DNA of 64,000 nucleotides, taken from the NCBI GenBank assembly GCA_026770705.1, contig JANJGN010000034.1, positions 7,378,001-7,442,000 on the forward strand, in the 5' to 3' direction. Every line of letters begins with the position of its first letter. Within the stretch, counting starts at the first letter, position 1. Under the pieces are notes generated by a model. It saw only the letters and a list, made by a program, of their open reading frames with translations, ran no database searches and had not been told where the DNA came from. The position numbers were made by a program, and so were the translations under genes. Below, one piece after another: positions 26,580 through 39,480 of this stretch. This stretch comes from Isurus oxyrinchus (taxonomy: Eukaryota).

Positions 26580-27170
26580 CTGCCTCCTTGCCTAAGGTGT
26601 TCTTGTTGAAATTGTATAGAGCCTTGATGAGATCGCACCTGCAGTGTTATGTATAGGCTTCTTGTGCTTATGTTAGGAAGGATATGCTTGTTATAGAGGA
26701 AATGCAACAGAGTTTCACCAGGCGAATCCCTGGAATGGTGTGGTTGCCTTTTGAGAAGAGATTGAGTAGAATGTCAAAGAATGATAATTGATCTCATTGA
26801 AACTTAGAAAATTCTTATAGGGTGTAGTAGGGTAGATGTGGACAGGATGTTTCTGATTGCTAGTAAGCCTACAACCAGGGAACAGAGTCTCAGAATAGGG
26901 GTTTGGCCATTTAACTGGAATGAGGAGGAATTTATTCACTCAGTTGGTAGTGAAATTCTGGAATTCTCCACCCAACGGTTCTATAGAATCTCAATAATTA
27001 AGCTTGTTCAGAACGGAAATTGACAGATTTCTGGACACTAATCTCGTTAAGGAATATCGGAAACGCACAAGAAAATTGAATTGAGGAAGACGATCAGCCA
27101 TGTTCCAAATGAAAGGTGAACCAGGCTGGATGAACGGAAAGGCCTACTCCTGCTCCTATGTTCTTATGTT
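26580..27170 (+). mobile_element. Decayed CR1 3' end nested in older CR1/L2 debris (25090-27780)
   Basis: LLKLYRALMRSHLQC..RKDML.IEE.QQSFT, DVDRMFL, then tail cctactcctgctcctatgttcttatgtt. Confidence 0.75.
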
Positions 27171-28034
27171 CATCTGACTTAGCATATCCCTATGCAATAT
27201 AGTGTCATATTTCTGTTTCATAATACGTGTAATGTTGTATGTGTAATTACTTTAATATAATTTGTTAATTCCGTTGTACCACATTTCTGCCATTTCTTCG
27301 ATCCCCAGAGGAATTTCTTCTCTCTCTATTTCTAGGGCCAAAGGGTAATTTAAATTCTCACCTTTTCTTGAATCACTCATCTTTTTTTCATTTTTTTATC
27401 CACGTTTTTCCTCTCAGCTTATTTCTAAAAAACCCTGATCCTCGGACTTGCTATTATCCTTTGCAACATTGCAGTCTGTCTTTGTTAATCTAATACTATC
27501 CTTTACTTCCTTAATAAGCCAAATAACTATTTTCCTTACTGAGTATATTTTTAGTTAATTGCATATATTTTTGTTGAAAATATTGAACAGATTTTTTATT
27601 CACTGTTTGCCACTGATTATTTACTGTGAAACTATTGGCTAATATCCCAATCAATCTTCGTTCTCTCCTTGCCCATGTCTGTGCAATTGGTATTGTTTAA
27701 TTTCAAAATTGCTTTCTATTTTAACTGGTGTATGCTGCTTTAAATCTTAATAAGTTATTCGGTTGCATAATGATCAGGAATCCAGAGGATACAAAATTAC
27801 CCAGATCTTTGCAGAATACTAGACCTATAAATTCAAAATCTTGAATGTATTTTATGAATCGATCACGTCTCCAGTCCCGAATAGTTGGAACCACCATAAT
27901 CAGATGGCAATATCTTAGGTAGGCTCCAAACTCTGGAGAACAAAAACTGACAGCAAAACAGATGCCACAATGACATAGTTTATATATATATCTATAATAG
28001 GCATTGTTGCAATAACTCTTCTTGTTCGATTTAG

Positions 28035-28061
28035 AGCTAAGGATAAGCAATGAAAACAAAG
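28035..28061 (+). CDS. Microexon 9, 27 nt, (E/K)LRISNENK
   Basis: aataactcttcttgttcgatttag|AGCTAAGGATAAGCAATGAAAACAAAG|gtaaga; resembles exon 5 (EENLSTKNK). Confidence 0.88.
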
Positions 28062-28786
28062 GTAAGAGTGTGCATTATCTTCCAGATTTTGCAAAATAAA
28101 TCTGTCAGTTTAGCATTTCCCATTTTGAAGTTCTCTTTTCCTCTTTATTTTAGCTGAAACTCATTTTTAGCTTTTTCACTTTCAGTCTGAAAGTCGCCCA
28201 TTTGTGAAACATTACAGCGGCTTTTGCTAGATATCTAAGCTCCTCTTTCCAGGACTAACACATGCTGCAGAGGTGAAGTAACTTAAGACCCTTTGGTGCT
28301 CCAGGTGAATATCAAAGCTGCCACTTCACTATTTTAAAGACAATGGCCTACTCCAGAGTTCGATTATCGCAATCGCTAAAGTACAACAGTGAACATTATC
28401 ACTTTGGTATTCATTAGATTAGGCTTCCCCTGAACTTCCTGTATTACTACACTCAGAACGCTATAAAACATCTGTGAAGTGCATTGAAATGTCCTGTGTT
28501 CATGAAAGGCACTATGAAAACGATATATTTCCGTTATTACTTCTTTAGAACTTCCATCTTGTTCAATCTGTTTCACCATTCTTTACATATATTAGTCCCT
28601 TTTAAAGAATTAAAGATATATTTGAAATCATTAGACCCCCATTACCACCCCTACCCACCCCACCCACACCCCCCAACCCCCTGCCCAACAGAAAAAAGAA
28701 AAACAGGAGGAAGCACTTTTGGTGCCCAATATTGAACATGGCAGACATCAAGTTCCAGTCATTGAATCATAGAAAGAGAAAGGCAC

Positions 28787-29218
28787 ACTCTTCAAAAATC
28801 AAATGCTTCTGAGAAAACTCATAGGGACAAAAGATTCGCACTGGGGCCCTTTTCCACATTTTAACGTCTGCAAATATGGTTGTGCCAGTTCTAAACGTAG
28901 ATTTAATTAAGTAATTGGACAATTTTCTGAAAGGATCACTGGAAAATAAGATGGTGGAGCGATATTAGGTGAGATGCTGTTTCAGAGGGTGGGCAGTCTG
29001 CCATGTCCAGGCCCGCCCTCTGAAACAGCATCTCACCTAATATCGCTCCACCACCTTACTTTCCAGTGATCCTTTCAGAGAATTATCCAATTACTTAATT
29101 AAATCTACGTTTAGAACTGGCACAACCATATTTGCAGACGTTAAATTGTGGAAAAGGGCCCCAGTGCGAATCTTTAGTCCCTGTGAATTTTCTCAGAAGC
29201 ATTTGATTTTTGAAGAGT
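28787..29218. repeat. Long inverted repeat (palindrome): two ~208-bp arms, 16-nt spacer
   Basis: 28787-28994 (actcttcaaaaatcaaatgcttctgagaaaa...gatgctgtttcagagggtgggc) is the near-exact reverse complement of 29011-29218 (gcccgccctctgaaacagcatc...ttttctcagaagcatttgatttttgaagagt). Confidence 0.95.
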
Positions 29219-31415
29219 TCTCTCGAATATTCACTCAAGTTCCATTTCTCTAAAGAGACCAACAGCAGCTTGGCCAATACATCCAAGTGACTGAAGTTTC
29301 TCATACCCAGTATCGTTCTGGCAAATGTTTTCTTCAACCTCACCAATGCTATAACAATCCTCCAAAACGTCAGTGCCAGAATTGGACACATAACTCCAGT
29401 TGAGGCCGAACCCGATCTGTACAAAGATTGTCAATAATGTCAATGATTGCGTACACCAAGCCTCTATATATAAAGCGAGATTTTTTCTGTACAATTTATT
29501 CAACCAGTTTTTCAACCTGCCCTGCCACCTTCAATGATTAGTGCATATAGATCCCAGGTTCCTCTAAGCCGGCACCTTCCAATTGCATCATTCCATTTAT
29601 ATTTAAATTGCTCGTTGCTCATATTAAAAGGCATTGCGTCATCTGCCTCTATATTAAGTGCCAGCTTCGACTTTTACAGACGTTTAAACATCGTTTCCAT
29701 GTCCTGCCCAAGCCTTTCAATACACTCCTCACAGTTCACAATATTTCCAAGCTTCGGGCAATTTGCAAATTTTGAATTTGCCCCCGGCACACCCGAACCT
29801 ATGTCATTAATATGCATGAAGGTAATGAGGGGGTCTTAGTACCAGTTCACTGTGACCCCCAATATGTTCGTTCCTCCAGCCTGCAATGGCCACCGCTCAG
29901 ATTACCCTGTTAGTCACTCAACCATGTGAATGCTGTTACTTTCTTGTTTTTTTTTAATTCCATGTGTTTGAAGTTTATTGATAATTTTTATTTGCAGCAC
30001 TTTGTAAAACAGCTTACCGAAGCCCATATCCATCATATTAACTGCATTAGCTTCGTGAACCCTCTCTTTTACCTCATACAAAGGAGCAACGAAATGATTG
30101 AACCCCAATTTAGAGTTAACAGATATGTTCTGGTTTTACTTAATGAATACATATTTATGAAAGCGAGCATCAATTTTGTCTCGAACTATGCTCGCTAAAA
30201 TTTTGCTACTATTGAGGTTAGACTTACTGACCTGTATTTGCTGGGTTTATGCTAATGCATTTTCTTGGAGAGGTGTGTAACATTTGAAATTCTCCGCCGT
30301 CCTCCAATAATAACAATCCATCAAAGGAGGGTTGGGAGATCATGCCCAATATATACATAATTTCCCTTCCGTTCCCCCATTATTCTCATATGCACCTGAG
30401 CAGCTCATGCTGACTCACCAACATGAATTACAGCCAGCGTTCCCGATGGCTTCGCTTTTTCAAATTTAGACCATTTCATTACCTTCTCTTTCACTCTGAC
30501 ATTGACACAATGTTCTTCATTTGTAAAGAAAAACGCAAAGTAGTAATTCTGTAGGTCACTCATGCCCACGGTCTCCATACATAAACTAATTCATTTGGTC
30601 CAAATTGGGCCCTATTCCTCTATTGTCATCTCTTATCAGTTATAGACATTTGCATTCCCTCTTCTGTTGTTTGTAAATATATTTTCATAGACTTTCTTTG
30701 CTGGTCCTATATCTTTTGGATTTACTTTCCCAGTGAACATTCGATATTCATTTGGCTCCTCACTTGCATCATCAAGCAGACATTTGAGCAAGCATGTTTT
30801 CATACAGTGAATAGTTAGGGTTTGGAATGCACTGCCTTGAATTGTGGTGGAGGCAGGTTAAGTTGAGGCATTCAAGAGGGCATTGGATGATTATTTAAGT
30901 AGAAACAATGTGCAAGGTTACGGAGAAAAGGCAGGGGTTTGGCATGTCATTAAAATGCTCAGAGATCCTGTGCAGACGCAATGGGCCGAATAGCCTCCTT
31001 CCACACTGTTAGAATTCTGTGATTCTGTGCTCTGCTATGAATACACATGGTCTCATTCACCTTATTCCCTATCTTATTCGTTATCCAGGGAACTGTTTCT
31101 GTTATTTAATGTGCCTAATATTGCCTTTCATAAGAACGCATCTGCTCTGTACCTGGTGCATATTCCTTTTTGTAAAGGCAGGCCATTGTTCATTTGCACC
31201 CTTCCCTGTCAATCATTGATTCCAACTAACCTGAGCTGGATCCCAACTCACTACATCGAAGGTGGCTGTTGCCCAGATAATTACTGAACTCCGGGTTGCA
31301 CCTCGCCCTTTTCCACAATTTAGCTAAACCATGTTATACTTAGATCATGGCCCATTAAATCCCAGGTGCTTCCTGAGAGCACTTTAAAACAATTATCCCA
31401 CCTCACCACCTATGA
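29011..31415 (-). mobile_element. Long decayed CR1 ORF2 with a nested + strand CR1 tail at ~30790-31030
   Basis: Minus ORFs give YRNLALYIEA, WSYVSNS, NMMDMGFGKLFYKV (VYMDF.KAFDKV-like); the nested piece has gggtttggaatgcactgcct...attctgtgattctgtg. Confidence 0.75.
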
Positions 31416-33104
31416 AGATATTATGTTAAATGATGAAAATATGATCAAATATGTAGCGTTTTTACAAGATTATGGTGGAAATATGGAAGAGGTTTCCACG
31501 TTGAATATTTGTTGTTCATGCCTCTTTAGGTATAGGATGGAAAGGCACATGTGGCAGAAATAATTGGGAGGATGTGATGACAGGATTAAATGAAATGAGA
31601 GGAGATGCATCTCATATGGAGCATTAACATTACAATTGACAAGGTTGAGCGAGCGGCCTGTTTGTGCCAAAGGTTTATGTGTTTCTAATAAGAGGAACTG
31701 TGTTGAGTTATGTTGTAGAAAGTAAGGTTTCACGATTTGAAAAGATTCAATTTATATTTCAGTACAGCTGGTTGATGACATGAATGTGTAGAGACAAACA
31801 GCGACTTATCACAGGGCAAATATTACTGCAGGTTATTAAATTGTATCCTACATGCTTAATTATACACAAGGGACTATATGCTCATTTATTCAATTCTTCT
31901 GCTTTTTCTAAGGTTCAATTAACGGTGGCAGGCTAGGTTGGAAACGTGTTTAGAAGACAAACGGGGATTCTGGTCTTTATAAGTAGTGGCATGTCACACA
32001 AAAACAAGAAAACTATGAATATTTGTATAATATCCATGCGGCTTCAAAGGCAGTGTTGTTTCCAAGGCTTCTGTGAGGGTGCAAAAATTTTACGAGAGTG
32101 ATCCCAAAGGATTTCGGGCTTCATTTGCGTGCATAGAGTAGATTGACGGCTGATATTCTTCTTGGAAAAGAAAGGTTGGAGAGGAAATCTGATAGGAATA
32201 TTCATATTCCTAAGGTGTCTTGGCGGAGTTGGAAAAAAAAATTATTGCAACCGGAAAAACTGTCGAGCATGAGAACTCAAGAATATAAGAACAATGCAAA
32301 ATGAGTGATAGCAACTTCAGGGGAAAAGGTTTAACGCAGATGATGTTTCGAATTGAGGGGGGAGATTTATTTGATAGTCAAGCACAATAAATTTGGTGCG
32401 AGAAGTAATGCGGCTATGCTACTGGCATTATCCTATGACTTCCATACAATCAGCAGGAGGTACTGGCGAACAACCTCCGGGAACTGACATTAAGTGTGCA
32501 AGAACTACACAATAGAGACATCGAGAGCACGCTAATTACCCAAATATCGATTATTATGCTGTTACTGCAAAAGGAAAGGAAACCTCGAAATATCTTAAAT
32601 GTTTTCCAGATAATGTCCTTGACCAGGATATCCTTGATACTACTGGAACATAGGGATTGATGAACAGGTTCCTGGAGAGTGCTCTGGGCGATGAGGACTA
32701 ATTGCCTGTCGGTGCACACTTGAGGAAGACAGATCAGTTTGTCGAAATTTTAGATCAGTAATGGACAGGACCATTGAATAATGTAAAATAGGACTTCTAA
32801 TTTGGAAGAGGGCTAAGTTCATAATGATGAGAAGGGATTGAGTCAGAGTAAATTTGAAACAAGTGCCAGGTAGGAATTCAGGGTAACGATCTTTTTCACA
32901 AAGATGCTAAAACTTTGGTCCTTTCCTGGGTAAAAAAATGTGAATATCATATATATGTTTAAATTAGAGCAGGATAAGTACATCAGACAGAAAGAGGAAA
33001 TAAGATTGAAGTGTTAGATTATCAGTAGAGGGGAGGGTTCCACATGACGCATACACCTAATCTATAATATAGCAGACTGGTTATATTATTTAGATAAAGA
33101 CAAA

Positions 33105-33296
33105 AAACTGCGGATGCTGGAAATCCAAAACAAAAGCACAATTACCTGGAAAAACTCAGCAGGTCTGGCAACATCAGCGGAGAAGAAAAGAACTCTGTTG
33201 AAGGGTCATGAGGATTCAAAACGTCTACTCTTATCTTCTCCGCCGATGTTGCCAGACCTGCTGAGCTTTTTCCAGGTAATTCTGTTTTTGTTTTGG
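33105..33296. mobile_element. Penelope-type non-autonomous element with ~68-bp inverted arms
   Basis: ccaaaacaaaagcacaattacctggaaaaactcagcaggtctggcaacatcagcggagaaga pairs with tcttctccgccgatgttgccagacctgctgagctttttccaggtaattctgtttttgttttgg. Confidence 0.7.
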
Positions 33297-34179
33297 TTAT
33301 ATTATTTGATCAGTAATCCAAATCCTTGAGCAATAGTTAGGAAACATGTGATCAAACCCCCGAACAGCAACTTTGGGATTTAATTTCAAATAATTCATGC
33401 AATAGAAACCAGTATCAGTAATTTGTTTCAATGTTATTTCATGGAATATGGGTGTTGCTGGCAAGGCTAGCATTTGCTGGCAATCCCTCATCCCTTCCAT
33501 TCGGGGCTGGCTGGTCCATTTCTGGGCGACGCTAATAGTCAACCATATTGCTGTGGGTCAGGAGTCATATGTGGCCCAATTAGTGTTACGATGATGGATT
33601 TAATTGCCTGAAGGACAGTGTGAGAATGGATGTTATCTCTTTTAATATTTTATGGGGAATATTGTGTGTTTGGGGGGGGAGGGGAGGCGGTGGTGGGCAG
33701 GGTGGAGCGGGGGTGCATACATTATTTAGTTAATCTGGGCAAATGTTACTGGCAGACAGGTTCTGGGAGAGAGGGTACGTTAAACATTAAAAGGATAAAG
33801 GTGCTAGCGTTCTTGTACAATTGAATAGGTTTGATCAAACATTTACATTTTTAGATAAGCTGAGAGTTTGCTTGAGTATCAAAGGGGTATCAGAGGTGAA
33901 AAAGAAACATGTTTGCATCTTTCAGGAGTTCCATAGGTAAACAGAAGATGAGACATTAGATTTCATTGAGCACAGAGCAAGACAAAGTGGAAACATGAAG
34001 GATTTGATATTTAGAAGGTTTTGAGTCTCAAAGAGGTGTGGGAAAAATCGAATTGACGGCTAAAGGGGGAGGCATATTAGAGGTACCGTGGAGAGCTGAG
34101 ACTGGCTGGCAGATTTAGCTATTGGCTGTAGCTCTGGGCTGGGAGAAGATGCAGGTGCGAATCAGCCATCCAGTAAAGC

Positions 34180-34330
34180 CAGAGAAGTGCTGTAAGCTGC
34201 AGGGCTATGGGCCGGGTGCAGGAAGGTGGGATTAGAAGGGGCACCTGGGTATCCTTGGGTTAGCATAGACATGGTGGGCCGAATGACCTCCTTCTGTGCC
34301 TTAACTTTTCTATGGTTCAATGGTTCTAAG
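34180..34330 (+). mobile_element. CR1-type 3' UTR tail
   Basis: gcagggctatgggccgggtgcaggaaggtgggattag...gggccgaatgacctccttctgtgc...ttctatggttcaatggttcta. Confidence 0.7.
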
Positions 34331-35194
34331 TCTTGGGCTGCAACAAGCAGTCTTGTTTTGAAGTATTCGATTTCCACGGCAGAATGAAAGAGTTAAAGAT
34401 CACGTGGTGTGCATTTATTAAAGTTGCAGCAGCTTGTCTTATGTAATATTACTGGATTTTTATAGGTAATCATCTGAAGGGAAGAGTTGCCTGAAAGCTG
34501 TTTACTTATGAGTCTGACCAAGTAATCCTTTTTGGATGTTTTGTAAAACTAAGTTACACTGTAACTCTAATCTTGTGTGCATATGTTTTCCTTCATTGTT
34601 GTAAATAAAACTTTTACAGATAGTTTCTTAAAACCGAATATGTGTTACTAGACTCATTGCTGCTGAGATCAAAATGCCTCTTTCTCGTTTGCAGATTATG
34701 GCCTGAAAGCCAAATTTCCCTCTGGTGATTTGTTTTCGCAGCAATTAACATTGGCTGTAGTCATAACATCAGTAGTGAACTAGATGGGTTTTTTTTCCAG
34801 TGCAATCGATGATGGTTGCCAGGGTCAAAAATACTGAGTCTACCTTTCCGGTCCAGATGTTTGTTTTTGTAAATTGGAGTTAAATTCTTTCTACTGCCAT
34901 CGTGGGATCTAAATCGCTAGCCTTGACCTTTGGATTACGAGCTCAGTGCCATTATCACTGTGCCACTATTTATCCTGAAATGGCGGCCATGATACTGAAA
35001 TGTTGGACAAAACAGAACAATATTTTCAAAGCCCTTCACGTGTGCGCTGGATCTCTTTAATTATATCGCCAATCACTTGCAGTTCTGAAAAAAAAGCCCA
35101 TCAACGTGAGAAGTTAATTTTATTTATGTTTCTTAAAATGTTTCCAACATTTGGTGAGAATTAATTTCAATGGTTTCCTCTCATTTTATTTCAG

Positions 35195-35221
35195 ACCAAC
35201 AAATAAAGAATCTACAACGTG
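35195..35221 (+). CDS. Microexon 10, 27 nt, DQQIKNLQR
   Basis: gtttcctctcattttatttcag|ACCAACAAATAAAGAATCTACAACGTG|gtaagc. Confidence 0.9.
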
Positions 35222-36559
35222 GTAAGCATCACGGTTTACTTTCACTAGAGTCTGGATATTCTCCAGCAGGCAATTCAGCTCTTGATTACAAAAAATGTTG
35301 GCAACTTCAGTGCGGTACGCAAGGGTTAGACTGGGGTTGGAGGGTGCAAACTAAAGTTATAGGGATTGGGAAGGGAGCAACATGTAGAAGTACAAAAGAG
35401 GAATATTACTGAAAGAGGTGGTGCCGTGTTAGCAAGCAACAGACCAGGATGAACTACAAACAATAAGAAGGACGGCATCGAATACATGTATGTAAATGCA
35501 CAAAGGTGAAAAAGTTCACCTTCAAGCACATATAGCCGAGAGGCTATATGCTGAAGGCAACAGAGGAAATATTGAAAACTGGACACTTAATAGAAAGGCA
35601 TGCAAAATGTACAGACAAATAGGGACGGAAAATGGAGCTTGGGGAGACAGATTAAAGAAGACCTCGTCGTGATTGAAAACGAGCATGTCGTTGACGAGAG
35701 GAAGACAGTATCCAATTGAATAGAGTTGAGGGAATCATCATATGACTCGTGGTATTCCATTAGCTTCCAAATTCAGGAAGAAAGACAGAGAAATGGATAG
35801 TGAAAGAGAGAGAGAGAGTGTGTGTGTGGGTGTGTGTCCGTATCTTTGTGTGCGCCTCTGTGTTTCTGTAAGACTCTGATATGTTCTGTGTAAGTCAATG
35901 GCGGGCATTTTTGATTCCTTATTTTGATGAAATAAAGATCAATGTTTGTACAGAAAAAAATTGTGTGTGTAACTACTTTCACTTAATCGTGCATGCGATA
36001 TTAACTCCAAATATCAATTATTTGCAACAAACATCCAAACCAACGTCACAACGACGCATGGCAACATTCCGACCACAACACCTTAGCAAGGATAACCGGT
36101 CGTGTGCCGCTGTTCATAATTAAGGCCTTCAACCATTCACTTGTAAATGATAGGTAGTCGTATATAGGATATATTGTACAGATAATAGCCATTAGCCCCA
36201 CCTAATCTATCCCAGAATTTTGATTCCACCGTAAGCTCCTCGCTACTTGTGTCATCCAAATGTGGCATCCATTAATCTCTCCATCTTGGTTTTTTTCTCT
36301 CACTTTCTACCCATTCATTAATACCGGTCGCTCTACAATCCCTATTTTTGTGAGTTCCACATTCTCATCACATGTTGAGTAAAGAATATTCTTCCACATT
36401 CCGTATTGAATTGCTTGGTGACTATCTTATACTGATAACCTCTAATGAGGCACCTACCGCAAGAGCAAGCAATGTCTCCATCTCCATTCCAGCAACACGG
36501 GTCATAATTTTAAACAACTCTGAAAACTCACAGTTCAGTATTCTTTATTCAATACAAAA

Positions 36560-37100
36560 AAGAATCCTCACGTTCATCCTCTTGTGCTATGTATACTATC
36601 TATTTCTCACATCTGCCTTGCAGGAAATTGGGCAGGCAACTGAGGAGGATGATGTAGGCTGCAGAGAACAGTTGGAAAGTGGAGAACTAATACAGTTGTA
36701 CTTGCAGGAAGCAGATATAGTCGCTGCAGGTTTGCTAACGTATGGAATCCTTCGAGAATTTGAAAGGCTAGTTCAGAGCGGTTGTTTCCCCTGATTGCAA
36801 AGTCTAGAACGAGGACAATGTGCTCAGATAAGTGCTCCGCCATACAAAATAGAGTTGAGCAGACATTTTCTTTCTAAGACGATTGTGCATATGCAATTCT
36901 CTTTTGCAGGGTATTGTGAATGCTCAATAGTTTAGTGTTATAAGACTGATGGTGACAGATTGTGGAGGGAAAGTAAGGACTTTAGGATTGTGCAGAAAGT
37001 ACAGGAAAGTGAAGTTGATTTATGAAGTTCACTCATGATCAGATTCAAAGTAGAAGCCAGCTGGAACCATCTACCGGGCCTATTTTTTATATTCTTCTAT
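36560..37100 (+). mobile_element. Decayed CR1 3' end
   Basis: CFP...SRTRTMCS / gagttgagcagacattttcttt (SRTRGH.L..EMRRNFF-like). Confidence 0.6.
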
Positions 37101-37135
37101 CTAGGCTCAAACATGATACGCGTTGATTCTTTCAG

Positions 37136-37171
37136 AAATAGAAGCACTGAAAAAGAAACTGCAAGATTTAG
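37136..37171 (+). CDS. Microexon 11, 36 nt, EIEALKKKLQDL
   Basis: cgttgattctttcag|AAATAGAAGCACTGAAAAAGAAACTGCAAGATTTAG|gtgagt; paralogous to exons 4 and 8. Confidence 0.9.
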
Positions 37172-39109
37172 GTGAGTAATTGTTTGTTTCTTCTTTAGCC
37201 TGTATTTAACACAGAAACTGATTAATAGAAGTTAATAAGGATTGTGTCCTTTCAGAGATTTCAAAAGTAAATGTATTAATTGGAAATGTTAGGGAAGGGC
37301 TCAATTCAAACAAAGAATGAATATGCATGTAGAAAATGCTTCTCAACCACAGTCCTTCAAAAATAATGTAGAGGACTCCTCCTCCAATTGCAATACTCTA
37401 AGAAGGCACTGGCAATGATGGACCTCTATTGGATTGCCTTATGATTACGCTTGGCAAGGCATTGCATTTGTTGTCGTTGCCGTCCGCAGAATATCTCTCC
37501 AGGAAACTCTTCTGCCATTAATCACATTGTAAGTATGTACAGGCAGTTAATCGACCAGATTTGCCACGTTTCGAGGCAACATACATGGCCATCAACAACC
37601 AGTGTGGGACTTCAAGCCAGTTTCCCTCAGATAGTGGAGGGACATTGCCACCATGCCGCAAGGCCTTCATTTTTCGCGAACGATCTTAAAGCCAATGAGT
37701 CTTAGTTATTGACCTGTTCTAATATAGGAAACATAGAGAATGGCCCCACAATCGAATATGTGAAGTTAAGCAGACAATCTATTGTCTATTTTCGGGGGCA
37801 AATACTGGCCCAGCACACCAGGAAGACATTCCCCACGCTTCTTCAAAAAAAGTACTCAGGGACCTTAAGATGGGCTACAGTCTGTTCGAAGTTGCCATGA
37901 ATTCAACACTCGTGTGTCACCATGGGTTAATGTTCCCTGACACTGGGTGTATAAGAATGCAACAAGTGAATAAAGCTAAGCGATAATGAGACAAAATAGA
38001 TGGTTAAAGGCCAAAAGAAAACATGATGGTAAGGAAAACGTGACACACATATTCAGAGGATACCAGTAGAGAGACCAAACGCCTGAAACCCAAGAAGTTA
38101 AGAGTGCAATAGAACATAATTGGGAAAGCAAAGAGGGACACTGAGATGAAATTATCCAGACATAAAGTAAATAGTAAAATATTGTACAGGGCACATGACA
38201 AAAACATGTTTGAGATGGGATTAATACCATTAAGAGAAAGGCAGGTTGCATGGCAGACAAGGAATGAGGAAATAGTTGTTTGATAGCACAAAGCGTGACT
38301 GTTGCTGAAAAAAGGAGGCAGCACTCAAAGCTTTTCGTCTTGCAGTAAGCAGGACAGCTCGCCTGAAATTATCAACTGCAACAAGGGATCAATGATTTAT
38401 ACCCTAAGAGAAGAGACTTTTCATTCTTTGTCAGTGGACAATGATTGTTGGATGCATTTCCAAGCAGAATGCAGCATGGGACAGTTACCTGCCCAGCTTA
38501 GTTCAAGTTCAAATCATGACGGCCGATTCTGATTTCTCAAATTATTGCAACGAGGAATGAACCGGGGATTGGCTGTTCCCTAAACTTTTCTTTATTTGAA
38601 AAAGGCCCAAAGTGTTGACACGTTCCTTCCTTCTGCAAAGAACATGTTTTATGTGGTTTCGGGCATGCTTAAGTGAGTCACGTTGCAAGCCTGACTGATG
38701 CCATTACATTGGTTTTCAGTATAATTCTTAGCACAATCAGGATTGCTGATCAGGTGTTATCCATTCTCAGAATCAAACATAATGTTGGACATTATGCTTT
38801 GAGTTTTTGTTCTCGGACTGGCTGGATACAGTCAGCACTTTGTCTTTTGCGAGTAACTGAAGGAGCGTGTTATTTGATACCATCCCCCAACAGTTGGGGT
38901 GTACGACTTGTATACCTGGCGTCACACTGTCACTGAATGTCAAATACCACATTGCTCATTTGTCTGATAAAAAATATCCGAAATATTAAATATGTTTCTT
39001 CTATATTTACCTGATAGGTGAAATGCTATGTATTTCACAATCAACTTCAAAATCGCTTTATACCTCTGAGGCATTACCTGATTGCAGTGTACTTACAAGA
39101 TAATGATTA

Positions 39110-39480
39110 TAAAATAGATTAGACAGGGATATCCTGTTTCCCTTAGTGGCGAGGTCAGTTACCGGGGATAACGATTTAGAGTGATTGCTAGAAGGATTAC
39201 AATGGGTATGAGGAAAAGCTTCTTCATCCAGAGGGTGGTGAGTTTCTGGAAGTCACTGTGTACTGGGGTTGGCGGAGGCAGACAACCTCAACTCATTTAA
39301 AATGTCTATGAATCTTAATAACAAGTGATGTAACCGAGAAGGCTATGGACTGGGCACTCGAAATGAGTTTCGAAAGGCTTGCTGGTTTATTTATTTTTGC
39401 TTCCATGACCGGCGCAATCAGGATGGTCTGAATGGCTGTTTTCTATTGCCAGAACATTTCTGCGGTTCCATGGTTCCATA
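39110..39480 (+). mobile_element. Decayed CR1 3' end
   Basis: cctgtttcccttagtggcgaggtcagttaccgggg...atgaggaaaagcttcttcatccagagggtggtg. Confidence 0.75.

Noticed and set aside
27309-27344. 36-nt AG..GTAATT segment (EEFLLSLFLGPK)
   Set aside because: Lies in minus-strand CR1 sequence (matches the reverse of ~51840-51900) and has no heptad pattern.
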